Shown here: piece by piece, positions 20,115 through 33,239 of the stretch
Layout of the letters: each line of letters starts with the position of its first letter
Numbering within the stretch: position 1 is the stretch's first letter
Assembly: GCF_000143415.4 (NCBI RefSeq)
Contig: NW_003314263.1
Coordinates: forward strand, 3,916,451 to 3,980,450
DNA length: 64,000 nt
Source: Selaginella moellendorffii
Taxonomy: Eukaryota; Plantae; Lycopodiophyta
Direction of reading: 5' to 3'
The notes under the pieces: generated by a model
The model's input: the letters and a program-made list of their open reading frames with translations, nothing else
Told to the model about the DNA's origin: nothing
Database searches by the model: none
Translations under genes and position numbers: made by a program

Positions 20115-22783
20115 TGGCAATGCAGATTGCTGGGCTCACCAACAAGGGGAACTTGAAGTCTGGCCTATCATAAATCTTGCACAGCGTTATCTTAGAGAAC
20201 CATTCCCCGCCTCTCACGCACCGGTTCCCATCATCCATGGATGGAAACCAAAGACCTTGGAATATTCTTAGTGTTAAGAATCTTGATTTCAGCTGATAAA
20301 TTGTAACAACCAGCGAGTGGGTAGTGTTTTCTCTTACACATTAAGATAATCCTTACATATTAGCTCTGCCCTCCATCTATCCACTTGTAACCTGGCAAAA
20401 TCTGGCTTTGTTATGATCTTTTAAGTTAAGGAAGTCTATATGCGAGTATTTTCTTTGGGTATGTGATGTGTGTTGGAAAACAAAAGCCATAACAGATGAT
20501 TTTGTAGTACTTTCAACACTGGAAGTCCTATGAATGAAACAACAAAAAGAAAACAACTTCTCTCACTCTACTTCAATTGACACACTTGTCATGGCTCGCC
20601 AATGCAACCATGCCAGTCGCTGGAGACTGCGCCAAGGCCGCAATTAGGCCGTCGTGAGTGGTATAGTCATATGGCATGTTCCACAGCTCAAACTGTAGCA
20701 GAATCATGAGAGGAAACACAAACGTTAAAATGTTGTCCTTACTAGCAATCACAGTGGAATAAAATTTTATGAAATCTTTTTACAAGTCGCGTAAGGAGTG
20801 GAAGAGGGATTAGCAGGGCGTGGCAGCATGAGATCTAGTGGTGGCGCTTGGGTAGGCTCGGCATCTTGTCAACGACTGACTCCCCAAAACGTTTGTTTGC
20901 TTCAAACATTTGAGCGTGACTCGCAACCAAATTCTAAAACTTAAGCTTGCACACCTGCAGTGTTTGACGCTCGGTTCGAAAACCGGAACGTTTGAAATAT
21001 CGCATGATCCAGAATCCTTGTTTCCCGATTCAGAGCAGCCGATTTGATTCCGCCGGTTTTGGAATGGCTTCCTATGTTGTGTGAAGCACCCGCTGCCTGA
21101 GCTCTCACCTGGAAAGAAACGTTCGCTAGATAGAGATGTTGTAGCGCTCCAGCGTTGGCTTCTTCCGTGGATGTCAGGAGCTCAAAGTTAAAAATGTCAC
21201 AACTGTGAGAAGAGATCGAGAGGATCTAATAAAAAAGAATGAAAAAAGAGTTAACGAGCTCCACAATCTTTCTAGTACAGATTAGCGATGGCTAGGCCGC
21301 CGGCAGCGATCGCAGCGGATAATCCACCGGTTTTTTTTCTAAAGAAGAAGAAATTCCGTCCCTCCAGGGGCATCAGAACTGCTGGCGAAGCTCTGAAAAT
21401 TCCCAAACATGGTATTCGACAAGTCGCTGTGCTGTAACGAGCATCTACCAGAACGTCGCATATGGGAGACGTAGGATCTATGGATCACTGCGATGGCGAG
21501 CTGTTTTTGCTCCAACCAGGCTGAGGCCTCGTCTCTCTCCACCTAGCTGGCAATGATGTGGCATGCTTACATGGCATTTCTCTCTTTCCACTCCAGTCTG
21601 CATCTGTCCGTCAGATGACTGTGGTCTTTCTCGGCTTTTGACCGGCACTTCTTTGACGTCCTGGGGTTTAGAGACATTTTTTTTCATTGTTTGTTCTTGG
21701 TTTGCTTTCATGAAAAAATAAATTGCCATGCTTGGCTTGCTTTTATTTTTAAGTGTTTTTTATTATGATATATAATTTGTTCATGGTGTTATTCCTACTT
21801 TTGTATATATTATTTATTTTATCCATATATGATTTATTAGTTTCTTATAACATTCTTTTATTATTTGTATGTATCTTTTTTTTCTCCATTATTGTTTAAA
21901 GTGGTTTTGGTTCTTCATTTTGATAGTCAATATTGAAATCTCCATGCTGGATTCACAAGCATGATCCATGAATCCAGCACAGCTGCAAGCACTCAAAAGA
22001 GTGCTAAAGGTGATGGTGTTCAGCTTATAAGATCCATCCAACCTCATCTCTCAAAACATCTCTAGAGACTCTTCACTTTTTCCATTCTGAATGTAGTAAG
22101 CAAGAATTGAGTTCTAGGATATGATATCATGATGGTTCCATCCACTGATCCTAGAACACTAATACAGAGGCACTCTCCACACTGGACATACATGGAAATT
22201 AATACATTTCCAAGCTTATTCCTAGTGTTCTTACTTGCTGGCATCTCCCAAGATCCAGGAGAGAAGAGACTTGGCTTGTAGTAAATGCTCCATACCTGCA
22301 CAAACATCAATCATTGCTAGTCATTGATTTTGACACCAATTTGATCCATAAGCCTAGAAACTTTAAGAGCTCCCTCACAATTGCCATTCTAGATGTAGGC
22401 CCTAAGCAATGCATTGTAAGTTATGGTATTTCTTTGGCTCATGCTTCAAAAGACCCCATGACTAGATCACAATGATACAAAGTGGTTAGAAAAGTTTATA
22501 AATTATAAACATGTTCATAAATTATAAATACAAAATTTATCTAAATGAATAACCACTGTTAAATGGTAAAATATCCTAGAATATCTAAACATATTCTCTT
22601 ATAACCTGGCAATGCAGATTCCTGGGCTCACCAAGAAGGGGAACTTGAAGTCTGGCCTATCATAAATCCTGCACGGCATTATCTTAGAGAACCATTCCAT
22701 GCCTCTCATGCACCAGTAGGTTCCCATCATCCATGGATGCCTGCTGAGTCCTAAACCAAAGACCTTGGAATATTCTTAGTGTT
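20115..22783 (+). repeat. Direct repeats of ~160-175 bp (20115-20275 and 22607-22783) bracketing the right arm
   Basis: tggcaatgcagatt(g/c)ctgggctcaccaa...gaacttgaagtctggcctatcataaatc...aaaccaaagaccttggaatattcttagtgtt occurs at both sites. Confidence 0.9.
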
Positions 22784-23678
22784 TAGATTCAGCTTTGCAC
22801 TATCCCGTTTTGCATGGAGCATGCAAGAATGCAATTTCCAGTTGGTTAAATTCCAGAAAGTAAAATCGTATCTGCAGAAAATATATGTCTAAGCTCCATA
22901 AATTAGAGCATAAGTACGAGAATCTAGTATGTGTAAGCTGAATTCATGGATCCAAGTCGCTTAGAACACAAGTGGAGAAGTGGAGTATGTTTGTTTCTTT
23001 TTACATCTTTTGCAACCTTAAGATCATATTAGCAAAGAGTTTTCACTGCCAGCGATATGGAAGAAGTGGAGCTACGATGTCACGATGATCAAGAGAACCA
23101 TATAGTAGAGCACAGAGCAAATAATAGATTGGACACTCACAGGAGTAGCTTACGTTCCTAACTAATTACATATTGGGTCTCCTTTTTAAATCCTTAGTGA
23201 TGATCAGGAGATTGGAAAAGATGCTTTTTTCCACAAATTATACTAATTTGAGTTAAGAGTGCTTAAGATTTTAACCCCGTAAAATATTCTAGGAGATGGC
23301 CGACATATTTGAGCGTGGCAGGAAGGGGTGAGCCCAGCAATCTGCGATTGCCAGGTGATTCTCAAACTCCGCAAGTACTATCCAACGAGCAGCCAAACCT
23401 TACATATAAATATCGGGTGGAGCATGGTTACAATTAGAGGGTCTGGACACTCAAAGCAGTGTCTCTTCCAGCCGATAGGAGCATTCTTTCGTAGAAATCT
23501 TCGTGCTCACCATCTTTTTCTGAACGCGCAAAGAATTAAAGAACCACTTTCTTGTGCCACACTCTGCACCTAAAGAGATCCTTTTTTTTAATTTGGCAGA
23601 GCTCGATAATTCCAGCGAGCTCCGGCGAAAGAAGCCTAGCTTGAGCATTCCCAGCGCTTGTTTGAGCGAACGAATTGA

Positions 23679-23900
23679 TCAATTGCTAGGGAAACATAGA
23701 ACGAGCTCCACATTCTGTCTCTCATAGCACAGATTGAGAATCACATCCGCTGCGGTCGCTGCTGGCAACGTTACCTTGGCGGCGGCGATTCTGGTAAGCA
23801 AACCTTTCTTCTCTAATGTCTCAGTAGTGACATTAGCTGACATCCGCACGGAAGAAGCCAACGCTGCGGGAGCGCGACAGAGCATCTGTTTCCACCCGAC
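23679..23900 (-). pseudogene. Second degenerate copy of the ARM-repeat gene
   Basis: Encodes VILNLCYERQNVELVL, identical to the ARM gene. An adjacent plus-strand piece EEANAAGARQSICFHP matches another ARM exon, so the copy is locally scrambled. Confidence 0.8.
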
Positions 23901-24633
23901 CAGATCTCTTGAGTAGAACTTTCAAGGTTCCTCCTTTAAAACTCTACCTAAGCGTCCCATGTGAGAGCCCCAGCAGCGGGTTCCACAACTTATGCTCCGC
24001 GAAAGCCATTTCTTAAGATCATTTCTTAAGAGTTGGATCATACTCGAAATCTCTCTGAGATGTTTTGAAAACGTCTGGAGAGAATGAATTGTTACGCGCT
24101 AAAGCTGATAAGAACAGGGCGCAAGCATTTATGTAGGAATGACTCTGATCGTTGACATTGCATCAGCTGATGGTTTTGTTCTCGCGCTTGAAGCTCAAAT
24201 TTTTTACGTTTTGGCGCGGTCAACGAGAGTCTGACTGGCAAGACTGCCGAGCCTACCCAGCTTTGGCAAGATATCCCCAAATGGCCTTGCCGGACCTCCC
24301 CGGTGTGGTAGGTCCGTGACCGAGCCTGCGTGCCTTGCAGAAAGAAGCACACACTTAAACACTCTATAGCTCGAACACTCCTTGTTTTGCAAGCTCGTGG
24401 CTATGGCGGATCCATGGACGCGAGCGCTATCGAGCAGGGGCGCCTAAAGATCTCGGTTCCAAGGTCAGTGCTCTTCCTGCCCCCTGCATTCTCTCTCGGC
24501 AGAGGTGATTGCGCAGCTCAGGGTTTTGTGCGAGTCCTAGGAGGATTTTCGCGTGCCACTGCAATGACGAGGGCTTTCATCTGCAGGATAGGCGGATTCT
24601 ATTGCCGGAGTCCTTCGAAAGAGGGGAGGCGCA

Positions 24634-27600
24634 ATGGCGCAAAGTAACTGGGAAGCCGATAAGATGTAAGCGTTTGGATTTCTTTTTGTCCTTCTCGTTG
24701 TTTGAGTAAGATTGGGATTGGCAGGCTCGATGTTTATATACACGACTATCTTGTGAAGAAAAACCTCCAGGCCTCTGCCAAGGCCTTTCAGACAGAGGGC
24801 AAAGTTTCTGGCGATCCTGTCGGTAAGAGCTCCTCTCCGTAGAGATTCTTGTCCTCATAGGAGTTCCATTGCTCCTTTTTTTCCCTTTTTTTTTCGATGC
24901 AGCGATTGATGCTCCTGGTGGTTTTTTGTTCGAGTGGTGGTCCGTGTTCTGGGACATTTTCATTGCTCGTACGAATGAAAAGCACTCAGAGGTGGCTGCT
25001 TCATATATCGAGGTAAGCTTTTCCTCTTCCTATTCATTTTTCTTATTCATCACCCCTTGTGCTACAGACTCAGCAACTCAAGGCGAGAGAACAACAGCAG
25101 CAACACCAGCATCTTCAGCACCAGCAGCAACAGCAGCAAATTCAGCAGCAGCAGCACCAGCAGCAGCACCAACAACAATTACAACAAAGTCAGCAGCAGC
25201 AGCAACAGCAGCAGCAGTTGCAGCAAAGTCAGCAGCAGCAGCAGCAGCAACAACAACAGCTGCAGCAAAACCAGCAGCAACACCAGCAACAGCAGCAGCA
25301 CCAGCAGCAGCAGCAACACCAGCAGCAACTTCACATGCAGCAGATTCAACTCCTCCAGCGTCAAGCCCAGCAGCAGCAGCAACCTCGGAGGGATCTGGCC
25401 ATAAACGCTGCTGCAAACGGCATGGGTGGTGATTCACTCCCCCCAACTGCGAATGCAATGGCAACCAAAATCTACGAGGAGCGTCTCAAGCATCCACACC
25501 AACGTGACACTCTCGAAGATATTAAGGTCTGTTCAGTTGCCGTGACCCAAGGGACGCATTCTGACTGGGGGTCTTTGCAGAGATACGGAGAGCCTCCGGG
25601 ACAGCTTTTGGATCCAAGCCCGACAAGTCTGCTTAAAGGAGCGCCGACTCCTGGCCAGCCGTCTGGGTAAATGATCTTTTTTCTTTGATGTCATTACGTT
25701 TTCAAACTCTGGAAATGGACAGGCCTTTACTTCCAGCTAGTGCTGCTGGATTGCAACAAGTTCAGAACAGGCCTCAGCTCTCTGGAGTCTCTCAGGTACG
25801 TGTTCTGGTCTTCTAGTCTCTGTCCGGCTCATTCGTTTTTTACACAAAACAGGACAGCAAGAGCGACGGCAACGTAGTTTTGAATCAAAGATCACCTGCA
25901 CCGGATCCTTCCATGTTTGGGCATGCCAAGCCAAACCTTCTTAGTCCAGGTATGCTCTTGACTTTAAGAGTGCGCTTGAGTTGACGTTTTAACTATCGGC
26001 AGGAGTCAATCAAGGAGGAAATGCAATGTCATTGAAAGGCTGGTCATTAGCTGTAAGTGCAATCGACACGGAAGTATTTGTTGTTTGACGTTGGTGTCTT
26101 GCGCTGCTCAGGGAATGGATCAGCTTCGCCCGACGCTAGTGCAAAATCAGAAGCCGTCTTTGCAGGCTTCTCAAGCATATCATATACTGAGTCCTCAGCA
26201 CCAGCACTTACTGCTTCAGGCTCAGGCGCAAGGAAGCTTGCCTTCGTCCAATTCCGCTCTCCTTGGTGACGTAGACGGGAGAAGGTTTCGCATGCTTCTC
26301 AGTCGGAATCAAAACCAAATGGGCAAAGATGGTCAAGCTGGTCTCAGCGAGGTCGGATCACCTATGCAGGCTGCAACACTCCTGCCTCGTGGTAATCCAC
26401 AGGATCAGGGGGAGATGCTGATGAAGGTACTATCTTCATTTTTCACTCATGGAGCTTGAAGTGTTTCTTTTCATTTTTTGGCAGATGAAAATGGCCCAGT
26501 CGCAGCAAGCTCAAAGTGGCCAACAGCCACAGCCACCACAGTCTTCTCAACAAGGGCAGCAAGCGCAGCAGCAACCGGCAACGCCACAACAGCAGCAGCA
26601 GCAGCAGCAACAACTACAACAAGAGAGAATGGGTGTTGTTGGAGTTGATGGTGCGCTGTCCAACTCCTTTAGGGGAACCGGCGACCAGGTTTATAGCGGC
26701 ATGGAGCCGAGTCCCAGTACGAATAGCACAGGGACTGGAAAGGTGAAAGTGAGATATAATTTGTAGCGTCAACGTTCTTACGTTTCTTCGTTTTATTTCC
26801 TTTTCGTCTACAGGTTGCTGCTAAAGGTCCCAGTGGCCGAAAACGGAAGCAACCGGCGTCATCCTCTGGTCCAGCTAATAGTACGGGTACAGCGAACACG
26901 GCGGGTCCGAATTCCCCATCGTCTCCATCAACACATACGCCTGGCGATGTCATTTCCATGGCGGGAGCTTTACAACAAAATGGAAACATCTCCAAGTCGC
27001 TTATGATGTACGGGTCAGATGGAGCTGGGACGCTTGCTTCGCCTACAAACCAGCTGGTAAGAACTATATGCTGTAAGCTGCAATAGGATGGTTTTTTCCT
27101 GATTTTCTCTGTAATGGCTTTTTTGTCAAGGGTCTGAGTGGTGGAAATTGAAGTTGCAGGCTGATATTGACCGCTTCGGCGAAGATCCGTCGCTGGATGA
27201 TAACGTCGAGTCCTTTTTATCGCACGACGACGCAGATCATCGCGATGGCTTGTTTGGAAGCAGCAAACAGAGCCCTGCCATGGATGTGAGCAAAGGCACA
27301 TATCTATTTCGATAAATGCATTTCGATAGAATTTCTCCTCTTACTGTTGGTTTGAATTCATTGACCAGGTTTTCTTAGCGAAGTAGGTTGCTTGCGAGCA
27401 AGTACGAGCAAGGTTGTCTGTTGCCATTTCTCGTCCGACGGGAAACTTCTTGCAAGCGCCGGACACGATAAAAAGGTCTGGAAAAAAATGTGTTTTTAAG
27501 TCAATGCCGTATGCTAATTGTTCTCTTGGCAGGCTGTTCTCTGGAATATGGACACTCTAAAGCTCAAGAGTACCCTCGAGGAGCACACCTTTCTTATTAC

Positions 27601-28547
27601 TGACGTAAGGTTCAGTCCAAACTCCACGCGCCTGGCGACCTCGTCATTTGATAAGACCGTGAGAGTGTGGGATGCAGACAATGTAAGTCTTGAGCTTGAG
27701 TTCCCGCCAACCGAATCATGCGGACTAATTCTTGTCCAACTCTCGTGTAGCCGAGCTATTCCTTGAGAACGTTCACCGGCCATCAGACGTCGGTTATGTC
27801 GCTTGACTTCCATCCCGTGAACGAGGACCTGCTGTGTTCTTGCGACGGAGATAGCGAGATACGCTACTGGAGTGTGAGCCAAGGCGTTTGCACCAGAGTC
27901 TTCAAGGTTTGTCTGTCTCTTTGCGAAGCACGGTGCTGATGCGTGATAAGTTGCAGGGTGGTATGGCGCAGACGAGGTTCCAGCCAAGAGTCGGAAGGTT
28001 ATTGGCGGCAGCTGCCGAGAATGTGGTCTCTATTTTTGATGTGGATACCGAGACTTGTGTACATTCCTTACAGGTAGGCACGTCTTCTGTGGTAATCTTT
28101 GCTCAAATCTTTTTCTTTTCTGGCAGCGACACACGAAGCCGGTACACTCGGTGTGCTGGGACGCTACTGGCGACTACGTCGCTTCGGTCAGTGAAGATTC
28201 GGTTCGAGTATGGGCACTAAATGGAAGCGATGGCGATTGCATCCACGAGCTGAACTGCAACGGGAACAAGTTCCACTCTTGTGTGTTCCACCCCAAGTTA
28301 CCGACTTTGCTGGTCATCGGTTGCTATCAAGTACGGCAGTTTAAAGTTTATTTTTTTCCTCGTTTTGTGTGTGTCTTGATGTTCATGGTTCTTCTACTTG
28401 CAGTCGCTTGAGCTCTGGAACATGCAAGAGAACAAGACCATGACTATACCCGCTCATGACGGCCTGATCGCGGCCTTGGCACAATCTCCAGCGACTGGCA
28501 TGGTTGCGTCGGCGAGCCATGACAAGTGTGTCAGGCTGTGGAAGTAG
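24634..28547 (+). CDS. LUG: Transcriptional corepressor LEUNIG/LUH (LisH-LUFS, Q-rich, WD40)
   Basis: [11 protein letters not shown]|[36 protein letters not shown], polyQ, and WD40 repeats ending [13 protein letters not shown]. Confidence 0.96.
25089..25383 (+). repeat. CAG/CAA polyglutamine tract in LUG
   Basis: About 100 codons dominated by CAG/CAA, interrupted by His/Leu/Ser. A second short tract lies at 26587-26622. Confidence 0.95.
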
Positions 28548-28762
28548 AATGAGAGAGCCAGAGACAACATGAATAGCTACAGGGATTCACAAGAATCTCA
28601 AAGCTGTTTATAGAGAAGCACAGATTTGTGACAACAGGTATGAATTCCACAGATTTATATTTCCTATTTCACGGTGGTGTCAGTTGTTTACACGACAACG
28701 AGAAAAGCAAACCAGTTTACAGGAGAAGGCGGGGGCGAGTTTTCGGCTCCTGCTTGCTGCTC

Positions 28763-30220
28763 CTACTTTGCGAGTTCCACGTACTGTGGAGCTTCCTTGA
28801 ACAGCTTTTCGGACGCTGTCCTGCAGGCGGGGATCCCAGTGGGTATCTCTTTGAGCTCTTTGAGAAGATCCATCACTTTTCCCGACGCTGTTCTAAAGGC
28901 AGCGCTTCCGGTGAGGGACTGCTGCCGTAGCGGTGGGATTCTGAGGTCGATCGCCTCGGTACTGCTCTCTTTCACGTCGATGATGTGCTGCTTTCCCTCC
29001 GGTTTACTGCTCTCTTCCTTCTTCTGCCTTAATATCTTGCAGACGATGTAGAGAACTATTTGGCCGACAGCACACACGGAACCGGCGACGCTTGGGATCT
29101 GTCAAGCGAGAGAGAGAGAGAGAGAGAGAGATCAAGATGGTGTAAGAGTAGGATCTTTCGTTTTCTTCTTTTGGTTTGATCGAGAACTTACTCCTATGAA
29201 GATGTCTTTGGTGAAGAAGGCGAATCCAGACCAGAGGATCCCGTTGATGAGGAGGAAGATGGTGAGTGTGAGGGGCATTGCTTCCACATTCTTGGTGCGA
29301 ATCACAGTTCTCTAGACAAGGAGAATTTTTGAAAGCTGTCAGTCGGGAATGTTGGATGGGTGCGAGCTTTTAGCTTTTTTATTTGAAAGCTTTTTTCGTA
29401 CCATGACCGAGAGAGGCGACGCGTACATGGCAATGGCAATGGCCGACGCGACACTCCCGATGACGATGATTCGGAGTTTCCCGCGTGTTGCAAAGAGGGT
29501 GATGAGAATCAAGCTGCTCAAGATGAAAAGCTCCACACCCAACAGCTTCCAAATCTTCCGCTGCAAACAAAGATCTCCATTTCTTAGCATCTGGGAAGAG
29601 TGACGAAACTCTCGACGAACTTGAATAAGGGAATAGAGAAACTCTTGGAAGAACTGAGAGATTCTTTGGAAGAACTCAAAGGAAACGACGGGGTTCGATA
29701 GAGAGGAACACTGGAAAGCTTGCGAAGAACTCTCAAGAACCAAGCAAAGTTTGTGAGAGCTTGTGGTGTACCCTGCTGGCTTTGGAGGCGTATTTGTAGA
29801 AGATGATGATATAGGCGAGCTCGAAGACGCATCCAACGCAGTTAACGGTCACGATGAGCAATCCCCCGCCGCTCTTCATCATTCCATAGTAGAGCCCCAG
29901 TGCCGCCGTCAAGAGCGTGAGGACGTATGGAACCACGGAGAACATCTCGGTGGATTTCTTCCGGGAGATGATGCTAAAGGTTGGTCTGCGACAAAGATCT
30001 CACGAAAGAGTTAGAACTTGGAAAGAATGAAAAGCTTGTGGGTATGAGAACTTACATTGGCGATGCATATACGGCAATCGCAGTCGCATTTCCTGTCAGT
30101 AAAGAAAACGAACGAGTCAGCCGAGGCGAGACTTGGTCTATCTATTCTTTAAGAAAAACAATGCGAGAAGAACAAGAACATACCGACAAGTCCCAGGATG
30201 AAAATCTTATCAGCGGGCAT
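28763..30220 (-). CDS. SWEET: SWEET (MtN3/saliva) sugar transporter
   Basis: MPADKIFILGLV|GNATAIAVYASP|..KKSTEMFSVVPY...TVNCVG...MYASPLSVM|..VIRTKNVEAMP; two MtN3 repeats. Confidence 0.93.
29108..29131. repeat. (GA)n microsatellite in a SWEET intron
   Basis: gagagagagagagagagagagaga. Confidence 0.9.
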
Positions 30221-31137
30221 TTTTGATCTCAAGGCCAAGCAGCAAAATCAAGCCAAAAGGAGAAATAAAACAAGGAATTTATTGGTCCTTTTCTCCCTTT
30301 CTTGCCTCCGAGACTTCTTCACTCGTTTTGAACTTTTGGGATGAGCGTTGCTGCCGAGGTTTTATATACGAAAGCCATGACAGCACAACATTCTCACTTA
30401 TCAGGAAACTATATAAATGATTAGATAGTGGAGGAGTTTAAGCTAACTCGCGATTCGGCTTAGCAGATTATCTTCTAATTCATGTCTTGGTCCCTCGGGA
30501 CAGCGGTGACATCCACTCTGGATATTTTGATACAGAAAGGTGGTGGTATTTTTATGTGAGAGAACCGGAGCAAAGATCTTCAGTCTGTGGGCGAGTGACA
30601 CATGGTCACACACTTGGAAGGGAATTTGGGGGTTTTTGCAGAGCACCACCAAGGTTCTGGCGGGGGAGTGTTGTGATTTGGAAGATTCTGGCTTTGATTC
30701 GCTTGGAGTGTTCTTGGCCGGTCGGTCAAATTGTGTGAGGGGTCACTGCATGTGATGCTCTCCATGGCGAATGAGCAGCCGACTTATGTGCCAAGAATAT
30801 TGAATATTTATATAGATCTATCACCTTTCTGTAACTCTTTGCTTTTCCTGATTGTGTTGCAGCTTTATAATAATGACGGTAATAATTAATAGTAATTATA
30901 GTAATGATATTGTCCCACTCACTCCAAAAAAACAAATTTTTGGGCTCTCATGGGATACAACTATCGTGCCGTGGCGTGGATGGATTGCTTTCTGTCCGTG
31001 TGATATCAAACTCCTCCATGGAAATTTGCGGTAAACAGGCAAGGAAATCTGCGCTTTTTAGAGCAATGATTGGAATTCTTTGCATATCAATCTATCAGAT
31101 ATCTCGAACAATGTGGGGTCTCGAGTCACAACTTAGA

Positions 31138-32164
31138 CTACAATGATTTGAGATGGGCGAGTTTATCGCACAGATTTTCAAAGCTTTCAAATATAATAGC
31201 GTTGATGCCCAATGACTTTGCAGCTTCAACGTTCCTCCTCCTGGAAAATAAATGTGGTTTCCACTTTTGAGCTTAGAAATCTCTTACTGATCATCAACAA
31301 ATGTGCAATCTGATGAATCCACTTGCAGTTGTTGCAAAACGTCCAAATAGGCATTAATTTCAGGCTTTCGCTTGCCTGCATAAATTGCTACTTATTTGTT
31401 ATTTGTTACAAAATTACTTGGAGAGAAAATCGAACCTGTGTGGCACGAGACAAACGTCCATTCCAGGTAGCGAGAGAGCTGAAGCTTGTCTTCAATCAGC
31501 ATATACCTGAAAAAAATCACATCAATTGATAACTCATACTTCATATATTTACCAGTCTGGATAGTTTGTGAAGGCATGCATTTCAAAGCCCGAGGATTTC
31601 AAGCTACAAAGAAGCTCTTCCATCCCTTCGATGAATTCATAGCCAGCCACCATGCAACTCTTGAGTCCTGACCAATCCCGCAAATTCGTGAGAGCTCTAG
31701 AGCAAAAAATGGAGAGACAAAACCTTGAAGATCAAAGTCCCTGCCATCGTTAAAAAATCGGTGCTTGAGCTGTTCCTGTGTAAAAGTGCTCAAGCAAGAA
31801 AAACGATAGAAAGCAAGCCACACCTCTGTGATCAATCCTTTCTCGAACTCAATCCACGCAGTTGGGTGTTTGATCTCCAGAAGCTCCTTCATAGAAAGCC
31901 TGGGGAATAGACACACAATTCAAGGAGGTGCTTCTTGTGGAAGAGATTTTACCCAAAGAATGCTGGAACATCCTTGTAGAATGGATCGCGCACGATGGTG
32001 CCCATGACATCAAACAAAAGCACGGGCAACTTCCTTACAATGTTACTCCTGGCCAGATTTCCTCCCATTGAGAGCGTGGAAGAAGAGCTCATGGGCCGTG
32101 TTCTTGCTACCGGGGCCAATCTCCCACCACAGCCTATGGCATCTAGAGCTGGACTTCTAAGCAT
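31138..32164 (-). CDS. HAD-superfamily hydrolase, chloroplast FMN hydrolase (AtcpFHy1-like)
   Basis: Transit-like N-terminus; LPVLLFDVMGTIVRDPFY, KHPTAWIEFEKG, HAFTNYP, GKRKP, FVDD..NVEAA; TAG at 31138. Confidence 0.88.
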
Positions 32165-33239
32165 AGCTCTAGCCCTACCAATCAAGATCCTTATTATTTT
32201 TGTCGCAGATGATAGAATTTTCTTTCCTTTAGCAATTATATTGGGGTAAAATAAATTTGAATAGTATTTGATTTAATTAGTTAGATATTGGTTAGCTTGA
32301 GAAACCTGTTGATCTGTCAGTTTGATCTAGCCTACCTTGACTAAGCAATCCTTATCCAATAGAAGGGCAGGATGTAAACAAATAAGACACCCTTCTTGTC
32401 TCCCATGCATATTCCTTGCAAGGAAATTAGATAATTTCTTCCTGCCTTCAACACACCCTTATATGGAAGAGAGATGAACAGAACGTCTACTTTCCCATGC
32501 TTCCTTTGAAAATGCCGCTACAGAAGGCAATGTGAATTAAAAAACTGGCCAACAATAAGTCAACACATAGGCTTTAGCTTGTTTGCAGTCCCTGAGATCT
32601 CACAGGGCAAAACAATTACCACAGTGGGTGTCTATTTCAGAATATAATACATAAGTACACATTATATTATAGTAAATAGCATTTCAAATTGCAAAATAAA
32701 TTTACTATTGTAAGTCTAGTGGACCTCTGAAGTTTAAATCTTTATCATTTAAATTTTAAATCAAAAAATATAAAAGAGATGTAACGCTTTTAGTTTATCC
32801 AAAGCATTTCAACTTTAACAATATAAGAACCCAATGAATTTTTGGTCTAAGTAGCGTGAAAAGTAGAGCCTGTATAAAATTAATATATTTTTGAGTAAGA
32901 TTTATTCTCATAATTATAAGATAAAAAAATAAAAATAACTTTACCAATATTCTGCCAGATTTGCAACTTGGAAAACAAACTAAAATTTTGTTCTTTTGAG
33001 TTAAATAAAATATGTTTCAGCATAATTTCTCTTGTGTGTAGCCTATTTCATGAGACTGCTTTCAAGGTTTTTTTCAATTGTTTCAAGTTCCTATCTATGA
33101 CTTTTAACTTTCATGAGAAAATAATACTACCACCTTGTCATGGCTTTAAATTTAACTAGAAACATGCTTTTTATTTCCCCAAAGCTTTAGAATGGAGGTA
33201 AATTAATAAAATTTTAATCCAGATCTTTGTATTAAGCTA

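Larger units (their letters stand above)
16965..22602. repeat. Large imperfect inverted repeat: left arm ~16965-19938, spacer ~340 bp, right arm ~20281-22602
   Basis: Colinear reverse-complement matches throughout, e.g. 17110-17250 vs 22320-22460, 17830-17930 vs 21625-21725, 18700-18900 vs 20960-21160, 19585-19680 vs 20578-20672, 19790-19890 vs 20377-20495. Indels make the arms unequal. Confidence 0.95.

Noticed and set aside
16965-22602. Inverted repeat as a simple assembly artefact near the N gap
   Set aside because: The arms differ by many substitutions and large indels, so they are not duplicated identical reads. Long-read confirmation is still needed.
25057-25464. Poly-Ser, poly-Ala and poly-Leu ORFs
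   Set aside because: Alternative frames and antisense of the LUG CAG tract.
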